A stretch of 64,000 bases of DNA. Origin: the human T2T-CHM13v2.0 reference genome, Homo sapiens. The notes below the pieces were generated by a model. It saw only the letters and a list, made by a program, of their open reading frames with translations, had not been told where the DNA came from and did not search any database. Positions 1-16,067 of this stretch are shown here, in pieces; position 1 is the first letter of the stretch, and each line of letters starts with the position of its first letter. Position numbers and translations under genes: made by a program. The DNA lies in assembly GCF_009914755.1 (NCBI RefSeq), contig NC_060947.1; one strand, given 5' to 3'.

Positions 1-2239
<2,239 letters not shown>

Positions 2240-2764
2240 TCATCCCATTCATCCTCTTATTTTCCAGGGGTAGGTTCCAAGCTTCACCCTTAAATACAGA
2301 AACAACAACAACAACTATAATAACAAAATAGAGAAGTTACTATACACCAAGTATTGAGCTTTACATGTCATATTTCATTTGAGTCCTTACTACAACACAG
2401 TGCAGTTATTCTTCAAAGAAAAAAGATCTCTTTTGATCACCTGCCCCTAGGATTCTGTCCTGCAAAGTCATTCTTAAAACTGTTTTCCAATCCCAAGAAG
2501 TCTTATTTTCATGTACAAGCTAGGAAGGCATTCATTTCCAGCATAGAGCCATCCTTGCTGGAGGCATATAAATACAGATTAGATATATAGATAGATATAG
2601 CTACAGATATATTTTAACAAAATTATTGGAGACAGTATTATATATATGATATAATTTATAATTATATAGAATTCCAAAACCAAAAATTATATATATGATA
2701 TATAAAACCAAAATCAGAAATTATGTATATTATTATACATACATAATTTATTATATATTATATA

Positions 2765-5164
2765 ATTTGGTTCATGGTTCTGCAGGCTGTACAGTAAGCA
2801 TGATGTTGGCATGTACTCAGCTACTAGGGAGGCCTCAGGAAACTCACAATCATGGTGGAAGGTGAAGAGGGAGCAGGCACTCACACTGCGAGAGAAGAAG
2901 TAAAATGGGGGGAAGAAGCCACACACTTTCAAATGACCAGATTTCATGAGAACTCACACAATATCATGAGAACAGCACTAGAAGGATGGTACTAAACCAC
3001 TCATGAGAGATGCACCCCCATCATCCAATCACCTCCTACCAGTTCCCACCTCCAACACCAAAGATTATAATTCAACATGAGGTTTGGTAGGGACAGAACC
3101 AAACCATATCATTCTGCTCCTGGTCCCCCAAATCTCATGTCCTACTCACATTGGAAAATACAATCATGCCTTCCCAATCATCCCCAGAAAATCTTAACTC
3201 ATCCCAGCATTAACTCAAAAGTCCAAAGTCTCATCTGAAACAAGGTAGGTTCCTTCTACTTTCTAGCCTGTAAAATCAAAAACAAGTTAGCTACTTCCAA
3301 GATACAATGGGGTTATAAGCATTGGGTAAACATTTCCATTCCAAAAGGGAAAAATCAGCCAAAAGAAAGGAGTTATAGGCCCCATGCAAGTACAAAACCC
3401 AGCAGAGCAGTCATTAAAACTTAAAACTCCTAAGTAAATAATATCCTTTGACTCCATGTCCCACATCCAGGGCACACTGCTGTGAGGGGTGGACTCTGAA
3501 GGCCTTCTGCATCTCTGCCCCTGTGGTTTTGCATTGTTCAGAACCTGCAGCTGCTCTCACAGGTTGTAGGTGAATGCCTCCAGGTTTTTCAGGTGCAGGG
3601 TGCAAACTACCAGTGGATCTCCCATTCTGTGGTCTAGAGGGTGGTGGCCTCCTTCTCACTGCTCCACTAGGTAGTGCCCTGGTGGAGACTCTGTGTGTAG
3701 GCTCCAACCCTACATTTCTCCTCTATACTGCCCTAGTAGAGGTTCTCTGTGAGGGCTCTGCCCCTGTAGCAGGCTTCTGCCTGGGTACCCAGGCATTTTC
3801 ATACATCCTCTGAAATATAGGCAGAGGCCCCCAAGCTTCCTCTTTTGCAATCTGTGCCCCTGCAAGCTTAACACCATGTGGAAGCCACCAAGGCTTATGG
3901 CTTGAACCCTTTGGAGCTAGAATCCAAGCTATATCTGGGCCCCTTTGTGCCAAGGCTGGAGCCAGAGTAGCCCAGATTTGAGAACCAGTGTCTTAAGGAT
4001 GCCCAGGGCTGCAGGGCCTTCGGCCTGACCCACAAAACTATTCTTCCTCCTAAGTCTCTGGGTCTGTGATGGGAGGGGCTGCCATTAAGGTCTCTGAAAT
4101 GCCTTTGAGGTCTTTTTCCCATTGTCTTGGCTATCACTATTTGCCTCATTTTTAGTTATGCAAATTTATCCAGCAAGTGGTTGCTCAGGAACCCATTTGA
4201 ATTCTTCTTCTGAAAATGTGCTTTTCTTTTCTACCACATAGCCAGGCTTCAAATTTTCCAAATTTTTATACCCTGAAATATAAGTTCCAACCTTAGGACA
4301 TTTCATTGCTCGTGCATCTGAGCATAGGCAGTTAGAAGCAGCCATGCCATTCTTGAACACTTTGCTGATTAGAATTTTTTTCATGCCAGATACACTAAAT
4401 CATCATTCTCAAGCTCAAACTTCCACAGATCCCTAGGGCATGGACACAATCCAGCCAAGTTCTTTGCTAAGGCATAACACATGTGACTATTGCTCTAGTT
4501 CCCAGTAAGTTCTTTGTTTCCACCTGAGACCTCATCAGCCTGGACTTCATTGTCCATATCACTATCAGCATTTTGTTCACAACCATTTAACCAGTCTCTA
4601 GGAAGGTCCAAACTTTCCCTCATCTTCCTGTCTTCCTCTGAGCCCTCCAAACTCTTCCAACCTCTGCCCATGACCCAGTTCCAAAGCTGCTTCCAGGTTT
4701 GCAGGTATCTTTATAGTAATGCCCCACTCCTCGGTATCAATTTTCTGTATTAGGCTGTTCTTGCATTGCTATAAAGGAATATCTGGGACTGGGTAATTTA
4801 TAAAGACAAAAGGTTTAATTGGCTCACAGTTTTGAAGGCTTTAAAGGAAGAATGGTGGTGGTATCTGCACAGCTTCTTGGGAGGCCTCAGGAAGCTTATA
4901 ACCATGGTGGAAGGTGAAGGGAGAGCAGGCATCTCACATGGCAGAGCAAGAGCAAGGGTAGGCGGTGAGGTGCCACATACTTTTAAACAACCAGATCTCA
5001 TAATTCACTCACTATCATGAGGACAGCACCAGAAGGATGGTGCTAAACCATTCATGAGAAGTCCATCCCCATGATCCAATTACCTCTCACTAGGCCCCGT
5101 CTTCAACATTGGGGACTACAATTCAACTTGAGACTTGGTGGGGACAAAGATCCTAATCACATCA
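2765..5164 (-). mobile_element. MaLR (MSTA/MSTB-type) LTR-internal-LTR element
   Basis: LTR about 2765-3111 ending aaccatatca, internal 3112-4745, second LTR 4746 (tgtattagg) to 5164. The consensus starts TGATATGG on the minus strand. The left LTR edge is replaced by AT-rich sequence. Confidence 0.9.
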
Positions 5165-5572
5165 GAGACCATTGTTTTGGACAGAGCTCCTGCACTTGGT
5201 CCCAAGAGGCCAGACCAAACCAATAGGGAGTCACTCAAGTTAAATGTCTCATAATCAAACTGAAACTTTAAAGAAACATACAGATCCCCAAACGGACCAG
5301 TTTTTCCTGAAAACAGGAGACTCCAATCTACCTGAATCAGCTTAATAAGGAAGTCTTCTCTGCTTTCACCCTGACAAAAAAAAAAAGTAACCTGAAGTAA
5401 CCTCATGTTAACTGATTATTTTTATTCTATTCTGTTTTCCGGTTCCCACCTTACAAAATACACTGTTCTGTTAATGCCCAGTGGGAACGCTCATTCTATT
5501 TTGTAGAATGGAGGTTCCCCAATTCATGAATTAGATCTATAACTAAATTTTCTTGTAATTTTGTCTTTTGAT
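5165..5572 (+). mobile_element. Probable ERV1-class LTR fragment (subfamily uncertain)
   Basis: LTR-like end taaattttcttgtaattttgtcttttgata; overall resemblance to MER34-like LTRs from memory only. Confidence 0.4.
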
Positions 5573-6015
5573 AATATAGAAGGTGGCTAAAGGGTGGCTG
5601 GAGAAGCAGATGCAAGTGAAGTCAGCTACAAGGGGCCAGCTATAGAAAGGAGGGAGCAAGGTGGGACAAGGCCAGAGAAGGATTAAACAGTTAAGTGAAA
5701 AGCCAGAGGGACCAGTGTAAGATAAATGAAAAAGAACTCTCAGAATTCAGGGGGCACTTTAAAACCAAAAACCCACATGGGGATGAGAGGGGAAAAACAA
5801 CTCACAGGAATCTTCAGGCACAGAATAAGTAGAACACTCCCCCTACCACCACGGAAAATACTTATGGGAAAAGCTGCAAAGAACTACAGCAAGAGAACCA
5901 TGGGTATAAACCATTTCCTTACCTGATGGGGAAGCTGCAGGGAGGCATTGTGCTAATCTCAATGCAGAAGGATATGTAAACATGATAGAAATAGTTTGGT
6001 GAAAGCATGTCATCA

Positions 6016-6350
<335 letters not shown>

Positions 6351-6959
6351 ACTAGGCTTGCCCCTGCTAGACAAAGTGTATTGTGATTAGATTAAAAGAA
6401 AAACATCAGTGTCAATTGCACAGGGCCTCACTCACTCACACTCAGGAAAAGAAGTCACACTTCAGGGGAAAGAAATGGTCAAGGGATGAGTAGTAGGAAT
6501 TGAAAAAAACAAAGCATCTTTAGCTTTCTCCTGACTGTCCCAGAGATCCTTATGCAGTCCTGAATGGTAGGAGATGCTCAACAAGAGGAAAAACTGGCCA
6601 CTCAGAAGAAATTCCTGCTAAGGCCCAGGGCACTACCTACCAAACGGCTACATTATGCAAGTACAAAGAGTGCTGTGTGACACTTAAAGAACAGTCTTTG
6701 AGGAAGCCTGAAGGGAGGGGAAAATTATTGATATCCAGGCTGAACTTCCTCTATAGTATGTCTCCCAAAGGCAGGAATCCTGTGCCTATTAGCAGGTAGG
6801 ACCTTCTAGGAGACTTGCAGTTACTCAGACCCTCCCCTCTTTCTACTCAAAGGCACCAGGGCCCCATCTGTTTCTGATACAGTGTTATAAAGCACTACCG
6901 GTAGTGCTTTTACCTGGCAGAAACTGAGGTCTCACAGAATATGTGTGTGGGGTTGGGGG

Positions 6960-7175
6960 TGAGGGGAAGAGAGAATGAGAGAGAGAGATTGGGGGGAGAG
7001 AGAAGGAAAAGACAAAAAGGAAGGGGAGAGAAAGGGATGCAAGAGGGAAGGTAAAAAAGAAGGGAGGAGAGAGGAAAGGAGGGAGGAGGAGAGAGAAGAA
7101 AAAGGAGAAGAGAGGCAGAGTAAAGAGAAGGAGACAGAGAAAGATGAAAAAAGAGAGAAAAGGAGAGAAAAGAGG
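6960..7175. repeat. GA-rich polypurine low-complexity tract
   Basis: About 210 bp of almost pure A/G on the plus strand. Confidence 0.9.
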
Positions 7176-7943
7176 CTGACCACCACTAGGTACGGTACAG
7201 ATTTTAATTCCCAGGCAGGCCACCCAATTGTTTTGTTATTTCTCCACTCCTGAGCTGTAGATAGAGCACTCTGACATTTATAAGAACTTTGCTCTTGGAG
7301 AAGCTGTGAACCATAATCCACGTTTATCTGTTTGTTTTTCTCATTTTCTTTCTAGGAAGGGAGGAAGAGAGGAAATCAGGTGTACTTCAGAGGTCTCTGA
7401 ATCCATCTACTGTCCTGATTTGCCACAATTATTGGTAACAAGTTAGATGCACTGCAATAATAAATAAAAGAAGTGACACCTGGCTCTAGAATACCAACCA
7501 GTGTAATGATATTCATCAGTCACATCCATGTCCCAAGCAAGTCCTGCCCCTTGTGTCATTGCCCCCAACAGCAGAGAGCATTCATCATGAAAACAACTGC
7601 TGTGCCCTGTATGTATTAAAAACGGCAGGCTTTTATGACAAGCCTCTCTAATTTAGGTCTCTTCTTTAAAGTAATAAGCGAGAAAATATGTAACAGGAGG
7701 AAGGAAGGGGAATGGTGGAATACTTTTGTGTCAAGATGTACAAGGTCATTGAAGGTTAAGTGTTAAAAATACAATCCAGACTAGCCTTGAACTTATGCCT
7801 CTCCACACCCTACTTCTCCATGTGCCTCCAACTAAAGCAAATTTCAGACTTGGAAAGGAATCCTGCATCTTGCAGTCCCCACATCTATCATTTTTAAATG
7901 CTGAAAGCACTCAAGAGTTAGAAGGAACCTTCCAGATTGATAC

Positions 7944-8229
7944 CAGCATTTCTTAAGGCATGTTCTATGAATCCTAGTTCCACAGATGTTAATAGGCATG
8001 TACACACATGCACACACACAGTTCTGTGGTCAGCATAGGGGAACACTGGGTGAAACAAACATAAGCAGGTTTATTGCAGGGCTTCTCGGAGCCTTTAATA
8101 GGTGAACGTTCACTATGAATCTCCACAGTGTTTGTGGTGTTAATATATTTTACCTTAGAATCATTTTTTTAAAACAAATTATCTTGTGGGACTAGTGTTC
8201 ATCAGGAACATAGTTTAGGAAATGCTAGT
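7944..8229. mobile_element. hAT-Charlie MITE with terminal inverted repeats
   Basis: Left end cagcatttcttaaggcatgttc; right end gaacatagtttaggaaatgctag (reverse complement ctagcatttcctaaactatgttc). Subfamily uncertain. Confidence 0.65.
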
Positions 8230-8254
8230 ATATCCACTCAGCTCATTTTATTGA

Positions 8255-8600
8255 AGCACTATAGTACATGGGTAAAGAGCACAAACTTGGGTCACAGACT
8301 GTTTGGCTTCGTATTTCCAGCTCTGGGCAAGTTGCTTAAGCTTTCTGGATGCTTTCTTTATATTTAAAATGAAGATAATAGTATTGTTGCAAGGGTTAAA
8401 TTAGCATATAAATATGTAATACTTACATAAAGCACTTAGAATAGTACCTGGCACATAGCAATTGCTCTATAAAGGTTAAATATTATTTTACTGATGAAGA
8501 AAGTGAAGCCTAGAGAGGTAAAAAGACAGTCTAAGGTCACATAGCATGTCAGTATCAGAAGTGGGGCCAGAATTCAGGTCTCCTAACTCTCTGTCTAGTA
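8255..8600. mobile_element. MIR fragments (both orientations)
   Basis: MIR core words aaagcacttagaatagtacctggcacatag and gatgaagaaagtgaagcctagagagg. Confidence 0.75.
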
Positions 8601-9939
8601 TTGGTGTCTCAAATGATGAAAATGTCTTTAGTACTTAGCAAAACGTCTCTCTAAAGCACTTAAGTATTTTACCACAAAAACCAGAAAATGATATCTAAAA
8701 AGACACAACCCTAAAACAAATCCCAGTGGTTTCTAGGAGTAACTGCTTAGTTGGGGTTTCCCAAGTACAAAATGAGGTTGAAGGAGTGGGTTTTGGTGGT
8801 GAGGAAAATTATTCCAATGCCTATAAAACAGTGTCTAAAATGCCAGACCACTGCCACCAGGGCTTTCTAGGTAGCCTCTTTCCTTGCAATGTAGTACCAA
8901 GAGCCTTTCTGGATGCTCAGGCAAATCTCCCTGAGACAGGCTGATCTTTGACACCTCCCATGACTAATGTATACTAAAGCCTCTACTATTGTTTGGCTCT
9001 GATGGAGAGAGGAAAAAACACACAGTTATAGAGCACTTATAATGTGCCAGGCCCTCATCATACCTTATCTTAATCTTCATCATAGTCCCAACAGACTCAG
9101 AGTGTTTAAGTGATTGCCCAAGAACTCAGAGCTAATAAATAATATAGATTGAATTCAAAGCCAGCTTTGTCCATGCTTTTTCCATTATATCACACTATTT
9201 CCTAGACTGGAAGGATCACAGTGAAGCCAACTGGAGTTGCAATTTTGGGAACTGGAAGGGGAGCACAATTCTCACCTCTGGAAATCTCATTTCCTTCATA
9301 ATGAAAAACACTTCTTTACCCAGTTTTATGTTTCTTTATTTTGACCCTGCTTCTTGTCTAAATGCATTTCAGGTTGTTTATAATAAAAGACAGATCTACA
9401 AATAGGTTATTAGAATGAAAACCAAAGCCATGAAGACTGGGAGGAAGCAATTATGCTAAGTACAAGGGCTAATGTAGTTAACATGACTGAACATTTGGCC
9501 TTAGTTTCCTGGAAGTAAAGGCAAAAATTATCTGCTTTTAAGAAAGCTTCATACAAATTGTAATCTCCTGTGTGGTACTACAAAGTGTTACAAAGTGTTA
9601 TTAACATACTACAAAGTGTTATTATTTTTTATTATTACTATCCAGGATAGCATTCTGTACCCATCTGGCACTCCAATTATTTTGGATGTCGTTTCTGTGA
9701 TAACTCCACAGTTTATTATAGTCTGAACAAGCTATGCATACTAAACAATTAAAAGACAATGCTACCTCTGCTACTTGCTAGATGTTTGACCTTGGATAAA
9801 AAACTCTAGCTCTCTGGACTCAGTTTTCACATCTGTGAAATGAGAGGCTTGGACCATCACTAGATGATCTTTATTTATTAATTAACTTCGTTATTAGCAG
9901 CTTTATTGAACTATAATTTACATACCATAAAATTCACCC

Positions 9940-10237
9940 TTTTTTTTTGAAACAGGATGTCACTCTGTCGCCTAGGCCAGAGTGAAGTGGCACTATCAGA
10001 GCTCACTGCAGCCTCGACCTCCCAGATTCAAGCCATCCCCACCGCCCCCCCAGCCTCTCGAGTAGCTGAGACCACAGGTGCAAGCCACCACACCCAGCTA
10101 ATTTTTTTTAATTTTTTGTACAGATGAGGTTTCACTATGTCACCCAGGCTGGTCTCAAACTCCTGGGCTCAAGTGATCCTCCCATCTGGGGCTCCCAAAA
10201 TGTTGGGATTACAGGCTTGAGCCAACCAGGCCCAGAC
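9940..10237 (-). mobile_element. AluJ inserted in an old L1M 3' fragment
   Basis: Antisense Alu flanked by TSD aaattcaccctttt / aaattcactctttt; flanks resemble an L1M 3' end. Confidence 0.9.
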
Positions 10238-10939
10238 AAATTCACTCTTTTAAGTATACAATTCAATTAGTTTTAGTAAATTTGGAGTTGTACAACCATC
10301 ATCACAATGTAATTTTAGAACATTTCCATCATTCCAAAAAGAAACTTCATCCCCATTCCTCATTTAGATAATCTTTTAAAAGGTCCTTTCTAACTTTTCC
10401 ATTTCTAGACTTATAAAGCTTTAGTAGCTCCTTGGCTATTTACAAGTTCAAATTCCTCAGTGTAACATTCAAAGTCCTTTACAATCTATAAAATCTTTCA
10501 CTGTCTTTTTTTTCTACCCACACAAATGTAGAAATTACTTTTTTTGTGTTAAAACATTCCTTAATGAGCTAGCAATTATTTATGTGAAGGAGAGTCCAGA
10601 AAACAGATTTTTGACTAAATTATCCTTGTCCTTGATTAAAGAGATTCATGAATTAAACACATAACACTATTCTCTAGAGTAGTTATTGAGGTCTAAGAGG
10701 CTGTAAACTTGGAAGAGCTTCTCCCTGCCTGTCAGGCTGCTCCCATCAGATCACAAGACAGAATAGACATATTTTTCAGTCTCTTTCATTTTTGGACCTT
10801 GTGCTTGGCATCTCATCACCTTACTTAAGAGATCCCAGAGGGCAGTTGCCATATCCATATCCAGTTATGTATCCTTGACTCCCAATGTGATATTCTGCAT
10901 ATAATAATTAATAACGATGATGATAGTGACTGGTAGCTA

Positions 10940-11172
10940 AATTAAGCATCTACCATGTGCCAGACATTGTTCTAAGCACTTTACAGATACTAACTTATTT
11001 AATTCTTATAACAACCCTGTGAGATAGGTACTATTTTCAACACCATCTTATAGATGAAGAAACTGAGGCAAAAGAGATTATATATTTGCCAAAATCACAA
11101 AGCTAGTTAAGTAGCAGAGTTGAGATTTTATTTCAGACAGCCTGGCTCCAAAGTATGCACTCTTAAACCACA
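10940..11172 (-). mobile_element. MIR SINE
   Basis: tatagatgaagaaactgaggca and atgtgccagacattgttctaagcactttac core motifs. Confidence 0.8.
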
Positions 11173-11429
11173 GCAAATTGTCAAACCAGTTGAAGCTCAA
11201 TAAATGTTAATTGCATAAAGCCTTATTATTAAGGTTCCATTCCAGGAAAGAAAAGTAATTAAGAATTCTGGGTGCCAACTGACACAGATGTAATGAGGGT
11301 AGGGAAAAATACATAGAACAAATTCTGATTCAGATAGGAGAGTCACCAAACTTTAGGGCAGGTCTGAGACGCTCCAAAAATGGTTGTTGAACCCTAAGCT
11401 ATATCTTAGATAGATCTGTTCTCATACAT

Positions 11430-12010
11430 AGGTCGTGGGAATGTAAAATTGGTAGTGTCTAGATGAACATATGCATATTCTACGGCCCAGAAATTCCACT
11501 CCGATGGCATATACCAACAAAAATGTATATTTAAATCTGTCAAAATGTACTATTGGCAAAAGGCAGAAACTGGAAATTCCCCATCAACAGAAGAATGGAT
11601 AAATCACATGTGGCATGTTAACAAAACATAATATAGCAATGAGAATGATCTATAACTTCAAGAAATAATATGGATAAATCTTTCAAACAATGTTGAGCAA
11701 AAGAAGTCAAACACAAAAGAGAATGTATTAATCCATTTATATTAAGTACAACAAAAGAGTAAAATGAATGTATCCTGTTAGAGGTCAGTATAGTAGTTTA
11801 CCCTTGGGAGGGGTATTGACTGGAAGGGGGCATGAAGTGGACTTCTAGTAATGTTCTTTTTTTTGTTTGTTTGTTTGTTTTTTGTTTTTGTTTTTTTTAA
11901 TCTCAGTAGCGGTTGCACAGGTGTGTCCAGTTTTTAAGTTTATAGCACAATGAATACTTCCAATCTATACACTTTTCTTTATGTGTACTGTACTTCAATA
12001 ATTTTTTAAA
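11430..12010 (+). mobile_element. Old L1M 3'-end fragment
   Basis: gggaatgtaaaattggta, gaatggataaa and caatgttgagcaaaagaagtcaaacacaaaagag are typical of L1MC/ME 3' ends. Confidence 0.7.
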
Positions 12011-13239
12011 GTCTTCCTGAGTAAAGAAAAAGACTCAAGCAAGAGCCAAAAATAAAAGTCACTTTTGTACTTGACATACACAACTAATGACTGACAAACT
12101 CAAAGTTATCCCTTTGACCTGAGATGGACAAGGCAGATGTCTCTCTCTTTTATGGAAACAGTGAGTTAACAAAAGGGAGGCCATTTTAATCCCGAGCCAT
12201 TAATGCAACCCTAATCCTTTCTAGAAACTGAGAAAAAAACAGACTCACAGCAGCATACCACCTGTGGGCACTCACAGCCCTGCCAGGCACCAAAACAAAT
12301 ACTAATTCTGCTTAAAGAATCAAGTCTTCATTTGGAGTTTTTATTTATATTTCAAGACTAATCACACTATCCATGCAGTACAAATGGAGTCTGACCATGA
12401 TGCAAGTTTAAGTTTTCTTGAGCACGAACCCTATCCCAGCACCAGTCTGAGCACTCCTATCTTTGTTTATTAGGCAAGCATTCCACATCTATGGATCTCA
12501 GTTTCCTCATCTGTAACATGGGAATAATAATAGTATCTCCTAATAGGTTATTGTAAGGATTCAAGGCATATTTCAGGTAAAATATTGAACACAGTGCCTG
12601 TCACATAGTTAAATATTCTATACGTATTAGCTGCTATTATAATTTTCATATGGGCCCGTTAATGGTTTCTTCTCCCTTCCAATTTCCATAGAGCCAGCCC
12701 AGTTTATAGCTTCAATCCCTAACAGGGGAATTTTAATATTTTAACACTCAAGGACAGGAGCAGTTCTGCCTCCCCATCTTCCCCAGTTGTCAAAAGAGAG
12801 AAAAAAGGAGTATTCGAGTGAGCTGATTTTGAACTAGACAAGTAACGTGGCCCAAGCTTAGGTGGGTTGGGAGAAGAGGGAGTCTGGACAACAGAAGTTC
12901 CTTTCCTTTAATGGTACCACCTTCTTATACCATGTCAGAGGACCCGTACAAATGACATGATCCGGAAACAAAGGGACACAGAAAAAGGCAAGGCTGGCTG
13001 GCTTTTACACGGGATGTGGTTATCCTCCACAGAGAAAGGCCCTGAAGAGGAGGGAGTCAGAAAAAAAGGTTAAAGGTTGGAGTTTGTGCTTTGCCCATCA
13101 GGCAGCATCAAAGTTTTATGCTAAAAAGTGGGCAAAACATTACTAGTTACAAAAACTCTTTCACACACATCCTCTTATTTAATCCCACAACCATCTTGTG
13201 AAGTGAGCCGGGCAAATTTCATTATCCTCATTTGGTAGG

Positions 13240-13599
13240 TGTATCAGTCTGTTTTCACGCTGCTGATGACATACCCAAGACTGGGCAATTTACCAAAGAG
13301 GTTTATTGGACTTAACAGTTCCACATGGCTGGGGAGACCTCACAATTATGGAGGAAGGCAAGGAGGAGCAAGTCACATCTTACATGCATGGCAGCAGGCA
13401 AAGAGAGAGCCTGTGCAAAGAAACTCCCGTTTTTAAAACCATCAGATCTCATGAGACCCATTCACTATCACAAGAACAGCACAGGAAAGCCCTGCCCCCA
13501 TGATTCAACCGTCTCCCACCGGGTCCCTCCCACAACACGTGAGAATTACGGAAGCTACAAGAGGAGATTTGGGTGGGGACACAGAGAAAAACCCTATCA
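13240..13599 (-). mobile_element. THE1-family solo LTR (THE1B/C-like) inserted in a MIR
   Basis: tgtatcagtctgttttcacgctgctgat...ccctatca, flanked by a 5-bp TSD GTAGG at 13235-13239 and 13600-13604. Confidence 0.92.
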
Positions 13600-14339
13600 G
13601 TAGGTGAGGAAAGCTAAGGCTCAGAGAGGTTAAATAATTTGTCCAAAGTCATTAGCTAAGTAGTTGGTGGGGGTGCAGTGGGCAGCACTTTAATTCAAGT
13701 CTTCTGGCTTCAAAATCCATGCTCTTTCCATTAAAAACACGCTGGATTTTTTACCAGGACTTCAATTAGCCTGGACCACGTGTGTTATGATCAACAGGAA
13801 AAAATAACCACAGACTAGTTGTGAATTTTTCACTGTTCCCCAGCCCCAGACAGGAGAAAGGAGGGAAGTGGATTTGAAACAGAAAGGGGCTGGCGTTGGG
13901 AAGGGAGGGAGTAGGATCTGGAAAGATGAGAGGAAAAAGTAGCAGAAGTAACTCTAACTCGGGACTGGCTAAAAACAGGTGACAACTGGCTAGATAAACC
14001 TCTTGGGTTTCTCCTACCGGCTGAGCAGAGCCAGATCCACTCTGCCCCACTCCTCTTCCTTTTCCATTGCCCAGCTTTGGCTGAAGAGATGCTGTGGCCC
14101 CCACAAACCCTCACAGGCATGCCGTGGAGCTGGAGCGAGAGTGGGGTTCTGGGCAATCCCTGGGGAAGGTTAGTGGCTGGAGGAGCCAAGAGGATGGTGA
14201 AGAAACGCTCGATAAAGGAAGTAACTCCGCAGGAGGCAGAGCAATGTGGGGTATTCGCGAATGGCGGTTACAAGTGCAGCTAGTATAAAAAGCTGAGATA
14301 AGGGTGAGTGTGAGGTCAAGGCTAGGGAGGAGCTGGAGT

Positions 14340-14920
14340 CAGAGGGCCAGAACAGGCGTGCACCAGGAGCGGGGGCGGCGTCGCGTAAGGGGACAGTGGT
14401 GCAGACCACCTCTTTCCCGGCCGCTGACGCCCGCAAGCAGATCCTAAGAAGAGGTGTTTGGTTGAAAGGGGGTGTGGACCCAGAAAGAGAACCCGGGACC
14501 CCCCACAGGAAAGACGCGTCAAAGAAGGCTGAGAAGGCTGAGGAGGTGTGTCTGGGCTCCCAGGTGAGCACCAAGAGGAAGCTCGCGGCTGTCAGCCTCG
14601 CTTAACTCTTCTCCTTACCTTGGGTACCGTAATATGATCCATGACTGCAGTTCCCGCCACCGGAAGATCTCAGTGCTACTCCAGATGCCGCCGCCACCGG
14701 TCTAGCCGCCTCCTGCCTCAACCCGGGTTTCTACCCCCGCCCTCCCGGTCCTGGCTCAAACTCTCGTCACCTGATCCTCGGCGAAAGCTCCTATCGCGAC
14801 ACTTTGACCGTAGCCGTTCCCGCCATCTTGCTTCCTGGCAAGTGCCCTTTTCTTCGGGAAATTGATTATTCTGGTTCAGGTTCAACGTTTGGCCGAGTCT
14901 TTAAGTCCCAGATTCGAGTA
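14340..14920. promoter_or_regulatory. MTMR8: CpG-island promoter of MTMR8
   Basis: The only non-repeat CpG-dense stretch in the window, spanning exon 1. Contains an ETS word CCGGAAG at about 14660, a BANP/ZBTB33-like TATCGCGACA at 14792-14801 and a YY1 word CGCCATCTT at 14821-14829. Confidence 0.85.
14619..14642 (-). CDS. MTMR8: Myotubularin-related protein 8, coding part of exon 1 (MDHITVPK)
   Basis: Minus strand reads ATG GAT CAT ATT ACG GTA CCC AAG followed by a phase-0 GTAAGG donor; matches the recalled MTMR8 N-terminus MDHITVPKVENVKL. No exon 2 recognised in the window. Confidence 0.92.
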
Positions 14921-16067
14921 CTGCCACCCTTCTCACCCTTCTTGATGCTATAAGGGCTCTGAACACAGATATCACTCCTTTACTCTAATATTACAATGAT
15001 AGCATCCTGCAGCAGTAACACAGGCTGCCCCATGCTGGCAATTGGGTTTCTGAAGAGCTTCCTAGCTGTGAGACCTTGGGCAAGTCACCAGAGAATATTT
15101 TTTGAAATATGGAAAGGTATATCCTCCTCTCTATCTCTCCTTTATGTGTCTGCTGCCATCAACCTAGTTAAAATCTGGAATACTACAGTATCCTCATCAC
15201 TTTTGCCATCGTAGATATGGGAAGAGGACCAAGAAAGGGCCCACTGGACCAGCTATCAGATGAGGGGTAAATAGGTGCAGACCCTCAGTGGTGTGCTCCA
15301 AGTCAGATTTGTGGTGGAAAAAAGAACAATCTGAGAGTTGGGAAATCTGGATTCTACTCCTCTCAGGTCTGCCACTAACTTGCTATGTGACCTTGGGGAA
15401 ATCATGCCACCTCTCTGGGTCTTAAGTTGACCAAGGTTACAATGAGGGTATTGGCCACTATCTCAGGGTAATTTCTAGCTCTACTATTGCAGTGTTATGG
15501 TTTGCAATCTCACTGCCCCTACAAAATAATTTTGTTCTTCTTTGAGTTCTTATAACATTTGCTAGCAAAATTACTCGTTTATCATATTCTGCCTTCTTCC
15601 CTAGCCTGAAGGCCCTTCCCTCGATCCATGACCCTATTCTCCCTTGTACCATCGTTCCATCATGTTCAGCCCTTTCACTGCCAAATATCTCAAAAGAATA
15701 GTCTACTTATCATCACCTTCACTTCTCCATAACAAACTCACTCCTCCCTACCACTCCACTCAATTGGCTCTTTCACATCATCCTAAATTCCAGCTGCTGA
15801 TTCCAACAGCTCTTCTCAGTGCTCGTTTTCTATTTGTTTTACAGCATTTAAAACTATTGATTCATATTCCTTTTTGACATTCTTTCTTCCCTTGACCTTT
15901 ATTATAAACAAACTCACTGCCTGCATCCCCAACTGTTCCTTCTCTGACTCCTTCCCAGCAACTTTCTCTTTTTTTTAAGCCATTTTCCTGGCTTCTATCC
16001 TCATTCCTCTTCTATTTTCTTTCTTTTGGTTATCTTGATCTCTTCCACAAGTTAAACCCTTACTCCT

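Noticed and set aside
6885-7321. Overlapping E/K/R-rich and F/S/L-rich ORFs
   Set aside because: Artefacts of the stop-poor GA-rich tract.
14641-14865. Plus-strand 74-aa ORF in the CpG island as a divergent gene
   Set aside because: Antisense to MTMR8 exon 1 in GC-rich, stop-poor DNA with no recognisable homology.
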